DNA from: Synechococcales cyanobacterium S06
Lineage (GTDB): Bacteria > Cyanobacteriota > Cyanobacteriia > Cyanobacteriales > JAABRE01
Reading direction: 5' to 3'
Assembly (NCBI GenBank): GCA_011391125.1
Contig: JAABRE010000014.1
Location: 4,109-68,108 of the forward strand
Length of the DNA stretch: 64,000 bases
In this document: positions 55,157 to 64,000 of the stretch, in pieces
Layout: the number at the start of each line of letters is the position of its first letter
Position numbering within the stretch: the first letter of the stretch is position 1
The notes under the pieces: model-generated
What the model was told of the DNA's origin: nothing
The model's input: only the letters and a program-made list of their open reading frames with translations
Database searches by the model: none
Program-made: the position numbers and the translations under genes

Positions 55157-58063
55157 ATGAACAACGCCAAAGTTAGAATATATGACCTATCAAAAGAACT
55201 AAATTTAGAAAACCGGGATATTTTGGCAATTTGTGATCAAATTAATTTAACGGTTAAGAGTCACAGTAGCACAATTAGCGAATCCGATGCCGAGCGCATT
55301 AAGGCTGCAGCTGTCAAATATACTCCAAGTCCCATCAACAAAAGCCCTCATTCGGGAATCGCAGAAGAAGGTAGCCCGCAAAAATTAAAAGAAAAACCCA
55401 AACAACAGATACTTGCCATTCATCATAAAGGAACAGAGGGAGACCAACAGGAAAAAGATTCCAGTAAATCGCTTCTGGTATCCCCCCCTAGAACACCTTT
55501 AAAAGGAGAACTCAAAAGTAAAAGCGAGAACAAAGAATCCGATGAGTCGGCCAAATCTCCCTTCAATCAAGAGCCGAAAGCAGCTACCGAGTCAGGTTTA
55601 GCTAAACCCAAACTTATGGGACCTCCGTCAAGGGAGAAAACTGAGAAACTTCCAGCCAAAGATAAACCCACCGTCATCACCAAGAAAAATCGCGAGAACG
55701 GAGTTTCTGAGCTGACCATTAGCAAAAATAAAGATGCTAAAGTTAAAGACAGGGACGAGTCCTCGTTAAACAAAGAAAAAGTCAAACTACAAAAACCTTT
55801 GCGGCCTAAATCGGAAATCTCAGAAAGCAAAGGAGATATGGATGATCTTGATGTGGATGATGAAAACGAAACCAAAGCTCCCTTCGCTGATGATTTAGAC
55901 GAAGAATCCAGCTTAGAAAAACAGAAAAAAAACAAATTAAAACTGAAACGGCCTAATCCTCCCCATGCCGCTAAAAAAAGTAAATGGGAAGAAGAAGAGG
56001 AAGAAAAAAATCTACAAAGTAAATTAGCTAAAACTAAAAATAAACGGCGACAACTATTGCTCGATGAAGATGAGGATGACCTGGAGTCGGAACTCGGCTC
56101 CGTTGCTTTACCAAGCTCCGTAAGTATCTCCATCGCTCGGCCTCCTAAACCACCCTCGTCGGATGAATCAAGCTTTGTAGCTCCCCCCACCCAAAAACAA
56201 AAAGCTAGTCCCCGCCAGAAGGGTAGCAAAACCGAAAATAAAGATCGTCGTCGCGAAAAAGCGCCCACTAAACAAAAATCCGAGTCCATTGTTCTCACCG
56301 GTAGTTTAACCGTTCGCGATCTCGCGGAGTTAATTGCAGTTCCTGAAACGGATATCATTAGAATTCTCTTCTTTAAAGGGATGGCTGTTAGTATCACCCA
56401 AACCCTAGATTTGGATACGGCTAAAATGGTTGCCGCCGAACTAGAAGTCATGGTAGAAACTCCCGAAGAAAAATCAGCGGCCACCAAAGAAACGGACATG
56501 ATTGAATTTGGCGACCTCGACCTGCTGCAACATCGTCCTCCTGTGGTAACGATTATGGGTCACGTTGACCACGGTAAAACTACTTTACTTGATTCCATCC
56601 GCAAGACTAAAGTCGCTCAAGGAGAAGCTGGTGGTATTACCCAACACATTGGTGCTTATCACGTTGACTTAGAACATAATGGCAAAATGGAGCAGATTGT
56701 GTTCCTCGATACTCCTGGTCACGAAGCCTTTACCGCCATGAGGGCGCGGGGTGCAAGGGTGACGGATATTGCTGTCTTAGTGGTGGCTGCCGATGATGGA
56801 GTACAACCTCAAACCAGGGAAGCAATCAGTCACGCTCGCGCAGCTGGAGTGCCCATTGTTATTGCCGTCAATAAAGTTGATAAACCAGGCGCTGAACCAG
56901 ATCGCGTCAAACAAGAATTGAGTGAATTTGGTTTAGTACCCGAAGAATGGGGTGGCGATACCATCATGGTTCCTGTCAGCGCTCTCAAAGGGGAAAATCT
57001 CGATACCCTGTTAGAAATGATCCTCTTAGTCGCTGAAATTGGCGAACTTTCTGCTAACCCAGATCGCAAAGCCAAAGGAACAGTCATTGAGGCGAATTTA
57101 GACCGCTCCAGAGGTCCAGTGGCTACTTTGTTAGTCCAAAATGGTACGCTCAGAGTCGGTGATATTATTGTGGCCGGTTCAGTCTTTGGTAAGATTCGGG
57201 CTATGATTGATGACCGCGGCGATAAGGTCGAAGCAGCGTCTCCTTCCTTTGCCGTGGAAGTCCTTGGTTTGAACGATGTACCGGCTGCTGGTGATGAATT
57301 TGACGTTTATGATACGGAAAAAGAAGCACGGGCGATCGCCGAAAGCCGTTATGAAAATCAACGTCAATCCCGTCTGCAACAGGCCATGTCCTCCCGTCGC
57401 GTCAGTCTCAGTAGTCTGTCTCAAAAAGCTCAAGAAGGCGAACTGAAAGAACTGAATTTGATTCTCAAAGCGGATGTCCAAGGTTCAGTGGAAGCTATCC
57501 TTGGCTCTCTGCAACAGTTACCCCAAAATGAAGTACAAATTCGCGTTCTCTTGTCTTCCCCTGGTGAAGTCACCGAAACTGACGTGGATTTAGCTGCTGC
57601 TAGTGGTGCGGTAATTATTGGCTTTAATACCACTTTAGCCTCCGGTGCACGGGCTGCATCTGATCGCGAGGGTGTGGATATTCGTGAATACAACATTATT
57701 TACAAGCTCCTTGATGAAATTGAAGGTGCGATGGAAGGTCTCTTAGATCCAGAGGAAGTCGAAGAACCCCTTGGCCAAGCTGAAGTTCGCGCCGTCTTTA
57801 ATGTCGGCCGTGGAGCGGTGGCTGGTTGTTATGTTCTCTCTGGTAAGATCGTTCGTAATCGCTTACTGCGCGTTAAACGTGGTAATCAAATCGTTTATCA
57901 AGGTCCTCTTGATTCCCTGAAACGGATGAAGGAAGATGTCCGCGAAGTTAATGCTGGTTTTGAATGTGGTATTAATTCCAGTAAGTTTAATGATTGGCAA
58001 GAAGGCGATATCCTCGAAGTCTATCAAATGGTCTTAAAACGCCGTACCCTTTCTCCTAAATAA
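55157..58063 (+). CDS. infB: Translation initiation factor IF-2
   Basis: 968 aa. Lys/Glu/Ser-rich N-terminal region, then G-domain [24 protein letters not shown]. Confidence 0.98.
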   Translation: MNNAKVRIYDLSKELNLENRDILAICDQINLTVKSHSSTISESDAERIKAAAVKYTPSPINKSPHSGIAEEGSPQKLKEKPKQQILAIHHKGTEGDQQEKDSSKSLLVSPPRTPLKGELKSKSENKESDESAKSPFNQEPKAATESGLAKPKLMGPPSREKTEKLPAKDKPTVITKKNRENGVSELTISKNKDAKVKDRDESSLNKEKVKLQKPLRPKSEISESKGDMDDLDVDDENETKAPFADDLDEESSLEKQKKNKLKLKRPNPPHAAKKSKWEEEEEEKNLQSKLAKTKNKRRQLLLDEDEDDLESELGSVALPSSVSISIARPPKPPSSDESSFVAPPTQKQKASPRQKGSKTENKDRRREKAPTKQKSESIVLTGSLTVRDLAELIAVPETDIIRILFFKGMAVSITQTLDLDTAKMVAAELEVMVETPEEKSAATKETDMIEFGDLDLLQHRPPVVTIMGHVDHGKTTLLDSIRKTKVAQGEAGGITQHIGAYHVDLEHNGKMEQIVFLDTPGHEAFTAMRARGARVTDIAVLVVAADDGVQPQTREAISHARAAGVPIVIAVNKVDKPGAEPDRVKQELSEFGLVPEEWGGDTIMVPVSALKGENLDTLLEMILLVAEIGELSANPDRKAKGTVIEANLDRSRGPVATLLVQNGTLRVGDIIVAGSVFGKIRAMIDDRGDKVEAASPSFAVEVLGLNDVPAAGDEFDVYDTEKEARAIAESRYENQRQSRLQQAMSSRRVSLSSLSQKAQEGELKELNLILKADVQGSVEAILGSLQQLPQNEVQIRVLLSSPGEVTETDVDLAAASGAVIIGFNTTLASGARAASDREGVDIREYNIIYKLLDEIEGAMEGLLDPEEVEEPLGQAEVRAVFNVGRGAVAGCYVLSGKIVRNRLLRVKRGNQIVYQGPLDSLKRMKEDVREVNAGFECGINSSKFNDWQEGDILEVYQMVLKRRTLSPK

Positions 58064-58089
58064 TTAACAATTGACCATTGTTAACACCT

Positions 58090-58157
58090 AAAAATCCGAT
58101 TTTTCAGGGCTAAAATTAAGCATAAAAGCGTTTATTTTCCTAAGAAAAATCGGATTT
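58090..58157 (+). terminator. Long hairpin after infB (AAAAATCCGATTTTTC ... GAAAAATCGGATTT)
   Basis: Inverted arms at 58090-58105 and 58144-58157, with a T-rich tract at 58164-58170. Confidence 0.55.
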
Positions 58158-58193
58158 ATCAAATTTTTTTAATTATTAATTATTACTATCATT

Positions 58194-58775
58194 ATGCGCA
58201 ATTCACCTTTTTTAGGGATTCATTTAGCCTCAATTGCTTTCGTTCCTCTTTTTTTACAAGTGGTTTGGCTAGGTTTAGCGATCACCCAACCTCTTCCTTT
58301 TTATTGGTTCGAGTTACTTTTGTTAGTTATTATTGGTCTTTTTCCGATTATTTTTATGCAGTGGAATAAGCCTTTTTCGCCTTTTAATTTGCTATTTTTT
58401 ACTCTCAAAATTGATGATTTAACGGAAGATCAGCGCCGTATTTTAACAGCTTTAAAATCTACTCGACAACGTTTTTTAACTGCGATCGCCTCCCTCGTTT
58501 CTCTCTTCATTCTTTGGACTATTTATCAATATGCTCCTTTAGCTACGGAAGCGGCCTCTTTTCTGCCCCAATTTCGTCTCTTTGGCCTTTTAATTGCTAT
58601 GTTGGCCTTTTTTATGTTTAATTTACTTCTCCAAGTTTCTTTAAGCATTATTCCTCTCTTATTAATTAATCAGGAAAAATACGATTCCCTCGAACCTTAT
58701 CCCTTAGATAAAATTAAACAGGATTTTACTGTTTTAGGAGTTCCACTGACAAAACTTTTATCTAGTATTGAATGA
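58194..58775 (+). CDS. Hypothetical integral membrane protein (193 aa, about 4 TM)
   Basis: Hydrophobic helices throughout. No catalytic motif. Confidence 0.6.
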   Translation: MRNSPFLGIHLASIAFVPLFLQVVWLGLAITQPLPFYWFELLLLVIIGLFPIIFMQWNKPFSPFNLLFFTLKIDDLTEDQRRILTALKSTRQRFLTAIASLVSLFILWTIYQYAPLATEAASFLPQFRLFGLLIAMLAFFMFNLLLQVSLSIIPLLLINQEKYDSLEPYPLDKIKQDFTVLGVPLTKLLSSIE

Positions 58776-58830
58776 GAAATTTTTTGGAGGAACAATTTAT
58801 GAATTTTCTCCTATTAAGTATCTAAAAATA

Positions 58831-59847
58831 ATGGAAAATAAGCAATTTATCCCTACTTTATCCATGGTAATTCCCGTGTATAACGGTGGGGAATTGTTTC
58901 GTAATTGTTTATTAAGCGTTAAACAATTTGCTCCCCCGGATACGGAAATTATTGTCGTCGCTGATGGAGATACCGATGGTTCGCGCAATTTAGCTCAAGA
59001 ATTTACGACTAAAATAATCATAAATGATCGCCCTTTAGGACCAGCAAATGCTAGAAATTTAGGCGCAGAAATCGCTACAGGAGATTTAATTTTTTTCCTC
59101 GATGCTGATGTTTCGATAAATGAACAAACTATTACCAAAATTAAGCTATTTTTTGCCAAAAATCCCGAAATAACTGCCTTAATTGGTTCTTATGATGATC
59201 AACCCGGCGCTACTAATTTTTTATCTCAATATAAAAATTTATTTCATCATTATATCCATCAACAAAGTCAGGAAGAAGCCTCAACTTTTTGGGGTGCTTG
59301 TGGTGTGATTAAACGTGATATATTCTTAAAAATAGGCGGTTTTAATGAAGATTATAAATTACCTTCTGTCGAAGATATTGAGTTAGGTTATCGACTTAAA
59401 GAAGCCGGTTATCACATTAGTTTATGTAAGGATATTCAGGTTAAACATCTGAAAAAATGGGGTGTAATTTCTCTTTTAAAAGCCGAGATTTTTCAACGTG
59501 CTATCCCTTGGACTATTTTATTATTAAAATACGATAAGATTATTAATGATCTAAACTTAAGTTGGACTAATAGATTTAGTGTTATTCTTGTTTATACTCT
59601 CTTGTTTTTTACTTTATTATCATTCTGGATTCATCTCAGTTATTTAATAATCTTAATAATTGGCATTATCTTATTAGTAATTAATCGGAAAGTTTATCAC
59701 TTTTTTTATCAGAAAAAAGGCCTATTTTTTACCTTAAATACGATTTTTTGGCATTGGTTTTACTATTTTTATGGTGGTTTCGGTTTTGCCATCGGATTTA
59801 TTTTATTTAGATTAAAAAAATGTTCATTAACTATTGGAAAAAATTAG
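58831..59847 (+). CDS. GT2-family glycosyltransferase with C-terminal TM helices
   Basis: LSMVIPVYNGG, VVADGDTDGS, FLDADV (DxD), VEDIELGYRL, plus 2-3 C-terminal TM helices. ATG at 58831 is preferred over the TTG at 58768. Confidence 0.85.
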   Translation: MENKQFIPTLSMVIPVYNGGELFRNCLLSVKQFAPPDTEIIVVADGDTDGSRNLAQEFTTKIIINDRPLGPANARNLGAEIATGDLIFFLDADVSINEQTITKIKLFFAKNPEITALIGSYDDQPGATNFLSQYKNLFHHYIHQQSQEEASTFWGACGVIKRDIFLKIGGFNEDYKLPSVEDIELGYRLKEAGYHISLCKDIQVKHLKKWGVISLLKAEIFQRAIPWTILLLKYDKIINDLNLSWTNRFSVILVYTLLFFTLLSFWIHLSYLIILIIGIILLVINRKVYHFFYQKKGLFFTLNTIFWHWFYYFYGGFGFAIGFILFRLKKCSLTIGKN

Positions 59848-60992
59848 ACTTTTCGGGTAAATTATATATTTTATCTGGTTTTTTATTATTAATAAGTGTC
59901 GCCTATCTTGGCAAGGGTTTTTATTATTTACTCCTAGATAATCAAGAAGGAACTATTGATTTATATTTGCGTTGGCAGGAACAGCAATATTTTTACCATG
60001 GCCATTATCCCTATTTTGCCAGAGAAGGTAGCGATTTGGTGATTCGCGAAATAGGTCCGATAACTTCTGGGGGTTATCTTCCTTGGTCTTTTTTTAGCGG
60101 AGTTTTATTTTTTCCCCCCATTTCTTATCCCCTTACTCGTTTATATCACGTCTTTCTTAATCTTATTTCTTTAAGTGTTTTAGCCCTATTTTCTTACAAT
60201 TTAGGTAAGATTTATCACAAATCTTACGCTTTATTTGCCATGGCTGCAACTTTAGCTATTAGTAGTAATTGTACCACTCTTAAAAATGGCCAATATGGTT
60301 TAATTATTAATGCTTTTCTGATCGGTTGTTATATTTTTATCCAAAAAAATAAACATAGTTGGGCTGGTTTATTTTTGGGAATAGCTATGATTAAACCCAA
60401 TATTTCCGCTTTTTATTTTTTGATTCCTCTTTCTCAAAAGAAACTAACCAGTGTCCTACTTTTTTTCCTTTATCTTATTTTTGCTACGGTTTATATTTTG
60501 GGAATAACTGAGACTAACCCTCTCTTAATGTTAATTAATTTTTCTCAGCAAGTATCTTTTTTTACGGCTAAAGGTAATTCCGTTGTTAACCTGCTTTTAC
60601 CGTTAGGAATACCGGGTAATTATGCCACTCTTATCTTGGGATTGGTCGGCATAATTATTTGTCTAAGTATTTTTTATTTTTATCGTAATTATTCTTTATT
60701 AACCTTATTTGCGATCGCCTCTGTGATGGGGAGAATGTGTTTTTATCATTATGACTACGATAATTTGATGCTTGTTTTCCTATTATTAGCAATGCTGGAA
60801 TTAACTTTTAAATATCCCCATAAATTAAATATGATCGTCTTATTCATAGTAGGAATAAGTTTATGGATTCCCCCTACAGCAGTTACTTTCTTTGCCTTTT
60901 ATCAGGGAAAATTACAGTTTATAATTTGGGGATTAGCCGCAGTTTATTTGTTAATTTCTCAAAAATATAATAAGGCAAATTTCCTTAAATAA
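59820..60992 (+). CDS. Polytopic membrane protein, candidate GT-C-type glycosyltransferase
   Basis: 390 aa, at least 9 predicted TM helices. It overlaps the 3' end of the GT2 gene by 28 nt. Confidence 0.45.
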   Translation: MFINYWKKLDFSGKLYILSGFLLLISVAYLGKGFYYLLLDNQEGTIDLYLRWQEQQYFYHGHYPYFAREGSDLVIREIGPITSGGYLPWSFFSGVLFFPPISYPLTRLYHVFLNLISLSVLALFSYNLGKIYHKSYALFAMAATLAISSNCTTLKNGQYGLIINAFLIGCYIFIQKNKHSWAGLFLGIAMIKPNISAFYFLIPLSQKKLTSVLLFFLYLIFATVYILGITETNPLLMLINFSQQVSFFTAKGNSVVNLLLPLGIPGNYATLILGLVGIIICLSIFYFYRNYSLLTLFAIASVMGRMCFYHYDYDNLMLVFLLLAMLELTFKYPHKLNMIVLFIVGISLWIPPTAVTFFAFYQGKLQFIIWGLAAVYLLISQKYNKANFLK

Positions 60993-61044
60993 TAACTTTC
61001 AAAAGACAAAAATAAAGCGAGTGATTTATGATGAGGACTCTTTT

Positions 61045-61087
61045 CCCCCCTCTCCCTTTGGGATGAGGGGGGTAGGGGGGTGAGGGG
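61045..61087. repeat. C-rich/G-rich hairpin with four G-tracts between convergent genes
   Basis: CCCCCCTCTCCC (61045-61056) faces GGGATGAGGGGGG (61060-61072). G-tracts at 61060-62, 61067-72, 61075-80 and 61084-87. Confidence 0.7.
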
Positions 61088-61114
61088 TAGCTCTCATTTA
61101 ATCTGAAATTGATA

Positions 61115-62062
61115 TTAAGAATATTCGTCACGATGAAAGTAAAATTTAGATAATTTTACTCTAGTATTTCCTACCCCTGAAATATAGCCCATGGCTTGTC
61201 CTATAGCATTGATAATTAATCCTGAAAAAAGAGTTAAGAATAATTTAAAGGATAATAAATTCTGTAATTGACGTTTTTGTAATATTTTGTAAATTCTTCC
61301 AAAATGAATTAATGGAATTAAAAAAAATACAGTAGCATAAAACATCTTTTTAGCTAGATGCCAGTTTTCATTATTCGATCGATCGTACGCAAAGACTCTA
61401 CCAAAATAAAACTGTAGTTTAAACCAAACGAATAAATTACCAATATTCGTATGGGAAGTTTTTGCCTTTGATTCTAAATAAAGCTCATATCCTTTATTTC
61501 GTAAATCCCAATGCAATACCATATCAGTTTCCATCATTTCTTCTAACTTTTCTCCATAAAAAAGGAGAACATTTTTTTTATAGCTACTATGAAAAGGCAA
61601 AGAATTCATGATTCCCGAAGGTGTTGAATCTATCCAATTAGAAAAAGTACCTAACATATCTACCTGACTAACGAAATTATCAGGATTCGCATTTTTGATG
61701 ACAGAACCAACCACTGCCCAAGGTTGCTCATGCGCTTTAATTAAATATTCTGCCCAATCAGAATCAGGAAAACTATGATCCTCTGCCAATGCAACAATAT
61801 CCGCCTGTGAATAACGAATTCCTTGGGCATAACAAAAACCAATGGATTTTATTTCACCAATTTCAATAATTCTAATGGCATAAAAATCATCAATTTTGTC
61901 AATATGATCTTTAATTTCAGAAGCTGAAGGTGCAACAATAACAATTTCTAAACTTTTTTTGACAGTTTGTTGACAAAGATAACTAATGGTTTTGGCAATA
62001 GTTTCATAGTTATCTGGAGTGGTTAAAATAACTGACATTTTAGGCGACGTTAGAGAATACAT
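61115..62062 (-). CDS. GT2-family glycosyltransferase with C-terminal TM helices
   Basis: 315 aa. MSVILTTPDNYETI, LAEDHSF (DxH/DxD-like) and a C-terminal hydrophobic region. Confidence 0.75.
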   Translation of the reverse strand: MYSLTSPKMSVILTTPDNYETIAKTISYLCQQTVKKSLEIVIVAPSASEIKDHIDKIDDFYAIRIIEIGEIKSIGFCYAQGIRYSQADIVALAEDHSFPDSDWAEYLIKAHEQPWAVVGSVIKNANPDNFVSQVDMLGTFSNWIDSTPSGIMNSLPFHSSYKKNVLLFYGEKLEEMMETDMVLHWDLRNKGYELYLESKAKTSHTNIGNLFVWFKLQFYFGRVFAYDRSNNENWHLAKKMFYATVFFLIPLIHFGRIYKILQKRQLQNLLSFKLFLTLFSGLIINAIGQAMGYISGVGNTRVKLSKFYFHRDEYS

Positions 62063-62173
62063 AAGATTAATTAATAAACATTAAATTTTTTGTCCTAATA
62101 TCATAATAGAATTAAGTATGCTTGTATTTATCTTTGTTATCTAAATTCAAAAAATAGGCTGTGATGGTACTTT

Positions 62174-63052
62174 ATGGAAAAATTAGATATTTCTGTTATT
62201 ATTCCCACCTATAATCGACCTCAACAATTGTCTAACTGTTTGCAGGCCTTGATTCAAATTAAATACCCATCTTTTGAGGTAATTATTGTTGATGATGGTA
62301 GTGATCAATCATTGGAAAATACCGTTTTTGGTTTTCAGTCTCAACTAAACATCAAGTTAATTACTCAGGAAAATCAAGGGCCAGCTGCTGCTCGTAATAC
62401 GGGAGCAAAATTCTCTCAAGCTGAATATCTGGCTTTTACTGATGATGATTGTTTACCAAATGCAACTTGGCTCGCCTCACTGGCCGAGGTTTTAAAGTTA
62501 TCTCCCCATTGTTTAGTTGGGGGTAAAACAGAAAATGCTTTAGCTGCTAATCCTTACGCTACCACATCCCAAGCTATTCTTGAAGTGGTTTATAGTTATT
62601 ATTATGAACAAGGAAAACCTTTACGTTTTTTTGCCTCCAATAATTTTGCGGTTTCTCGCCTTGACTTTTTAAATTTAGGTGGTTTTAACGAGAATTTTAG
62701 AACTTCTGAAGATCGAGAATTTTGCGATCGCTGGTTAACAGAAGGATATGATTTAAAATATGTACCATCAGCTTTACTTTACCATGCCCACGAGTTAACA
62801 CTGGCTACTTATTGGCGACAACATTTTAATTATGGTAGAGGAGCATATAAATTTTATCAACGGAGAATGAAACAAGGTTTAAAAGGTTTAAAAGTAGAAG
62901 GACAATTTTATCAAAAGCTAATCACTTATCCTTTCAGTTCTAATTTTCCCCGGCAATTTTACTTAAAATATTGGCTAATTCTTTTTACTGCCCAATTAGC
63001 TAATTTACTGGGTTTTTATCAGGAAAAAATACATAATTTCAGGGAAAATTAA
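62174..63052 (+). CDS. GT2-family glycosyltransferase
   Basis: 292 aa. ISVIIPTYNRP, IIVDDGS, FTDDDC (DxD), SEDREFCDRW. Confidence 0.88.
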   Translation: MEKLDISVIIPTYNRPQQLSNCLQALIQIKYPSFEVIIVDDGSDQSLENTVFGFQSQLNIKLITQENQGPAAARNTGAKFSQAEYLAFTDDDCLPNATWLASLAEVLKLSPHCLVGGKTENALAANPYATTSQAILEVVYSYYYEQGKPLRFFASNNFAVSRLDFLNLGGFNENFRTSEDREFCDRWLTEGYDLKYVPSALLYHAHELTLATYWRQHFNYGRGAYKFYQRRMKQGLKGLKVEGQFYQKLITYPFSSNFPRQFYLKYWLILFTAQLANLLGFYQEKIHNFREN

Positions 63053-63064
63053 CAGCAAATAAAG

Positions 63065-64000
63065 ATGATTATTAACGGAAAAAATCTTAAACTAGAAGAT
63101 ACCTTAACCGCAGATATTTGTATTATTGGTGCGGGAGCAGCAGGCTTGACTTTAGCTCACAAATTCCATCAGACTTCTCTTTCTGTTTTACTGCTAGAAA
63201 GTGGAGGATTGAAAAATGATCCTGTGACTCAATCCTTCGCTGATGGCACAACAGATGGCGAAATCTACCCTTTTATTCAATCTCGCTTTCGTTGTTTAGG
63301 AGGCTCAACTAGCCGTTGGAGTGGTATGTGTATCCCTTTAGATGAGGGAGATTTCGAGCCGAAATCATGGCTACCCCATAGCGGTTGGCCTTTTTCCTTG
63401 TCCGAACTTTTACCTTATTATCAACAAGCTCAACAAATTTTCGGATTACCAGAAACAATTCCCTCTCTGAATGAAAAATCACTTTTTCACCAATCTCCCT
63501 TTGAAACGAAAATATTAAAATATAGTAATCCCCTTGATTTAGGCAAAAAATATAAGCAGGAAATAATTGAGTCCCAAAATATCAGTCTGATTATTCATAG
63601 CAATGTTATTGAGTTAATTCCTAATCAAGAAGGCAGATTAATAGAATCTTTAAAAGTGCAAGGAAGTGACGGTAATCGTTTTATCGTTAAAGCTCGTACA
63701 GTTATCTTAGCCACTGGTGGAATGGAAAATGCCCGACTTTTATTAGCCTCCAATAGTTATTTTCCTCAAGGTTTAGGCAATCACCATGATTTAGTAGGGC
63801 GTTTTTTTATGGAACATTATTTCAAGGTTACGGGTATTTTGCCGATTAAGCAACAACAAAAATTGACGACATCTTTTACTCATCGTTACCCTTTGGGTAA
63901 TACCTACGCTCAAGATGTGTTCGGTTTCAATGATGATTTCAGGGAGAGAGAACAACTTTTAAATATGCACTTGCGTATTTGTCGTTATAATCTTTTAGAA
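63065..64000 (+). CDS. GMC-family FAD-dependent oxidoreductase, N-terminal part (3' end lies outside the window)
   Basis: ATG at 63065. The frame stays open to the window end (312 codons, translated by hand). ICIIGAGAAGLTLA FAD motif, GGSTSRWSG, LATGGMENARLLLAS, GRFFMEH. Confidence 0.85.
   Translation, partial: MIINGKNLKLEDTLTADICIIGAGAAGLTLAHKFHQTSLSVLLLESGGLKNDPVTQSFADGTTDGEIYPFIQSRFRCLGGSTSRWSGMCIPLDEGDFEPKSWLPHSGWPFSLSELLPYYQQAQQIFGLPETIPSLNEKSLFHQSPFETKILKYSNPLDLGKKYKQEIIESQNISLIIHSNVIELIPNQEGRLIESLKVQGSDGNRFIVKARTVILATGGMENARLLLASNSYFPQGLGNHHDLVGRFFMEHYFKVTGILPIKQQQKLTTSFTHRYPLGNTYAQDVFGFNDDFREREQLLNMHLRICRYNLLE

Noticed and set aside
55567-56499. 310-aa antisense ORF inside infB
   Set aside because: It lies opposite the Lys/Glu/Ser-rich low-complexity N-terminal region of IF-2. 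The purine-rich codon bias removes stops on the opposite strand, and the product is Ser/Phe/Leu low-complexity.
57179-57696. Antisense ORFs of 100 and 88 aa in the IF-2 C-terminal region, plus the 85-aa ORF at 56830-57087
   Set aside because: Shadow ORFs of a highly conserved gene.

Overview
AT-rich cyanobacterial chromosome segment. Support for that call: frequent HIP1 GCGATCGC sites (e.g. 1752-1759, 3587-3594), the cyanobacterial atp1 gene order c-b'-b-delta-alpha-gamma, a GUN4-domain gene and a plant-type ferredoxin. About 60 protein-coding genes; I found no tRNA, rRNA or CRISPR. Core genes: atp operon (1-4499), adk, cysS, comM, a sigma-70 factor, def, nadB, rplI, gloB and the rimP-nusA-ylxR-infB operon. 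Three accessory regions stand out. (1) 4574-8889 is a toxin-antitoxin and restriction-modification islet between the atp operon and adk. It holds vapBC, a hicB remnant, a C5-cytosine methyltransferase, a McrB-like AAA+ GTPase with no McrC, and a relE/parE pair. The R-M module is bracketed by two near-identical 66-nt hairpin repeats. (2) 21174-28807 is a six-gene cassette: fatty acyl-AMP ligase, acyl-CoA-dehydrogenase-family protein, carrier protein, MBOAT, a membrane-anchored DltD/AlgJ-like protein and an FkbM methyltransferase. I read it as a Dlt-like, carrier-protein-fed trans-membrane acylation system with no PKS/NRPS partner. This is my top candidate for an undescribed system. (3) 47174-52778 and 58194-64000 are glycosyltransferase/exporter loci. 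They include an ABC exporter with a C-terminal His-less HisKA-like domain, and a TetR-linked membrane protein whose S2-S4-like helices carry a voltage-sensor signature without a pore. Intergenic DNA is crowded with small repeats: a 226-bp MITE (2 copies), palindromic GTTCGTAGTTGCGC elements, GGTGGGCAATT hairpins, heptamer arrays and AAATCCGATTT terminator-like hairpins. All functional calls come from motifs read by eye in the supplied translations; no database search was run.
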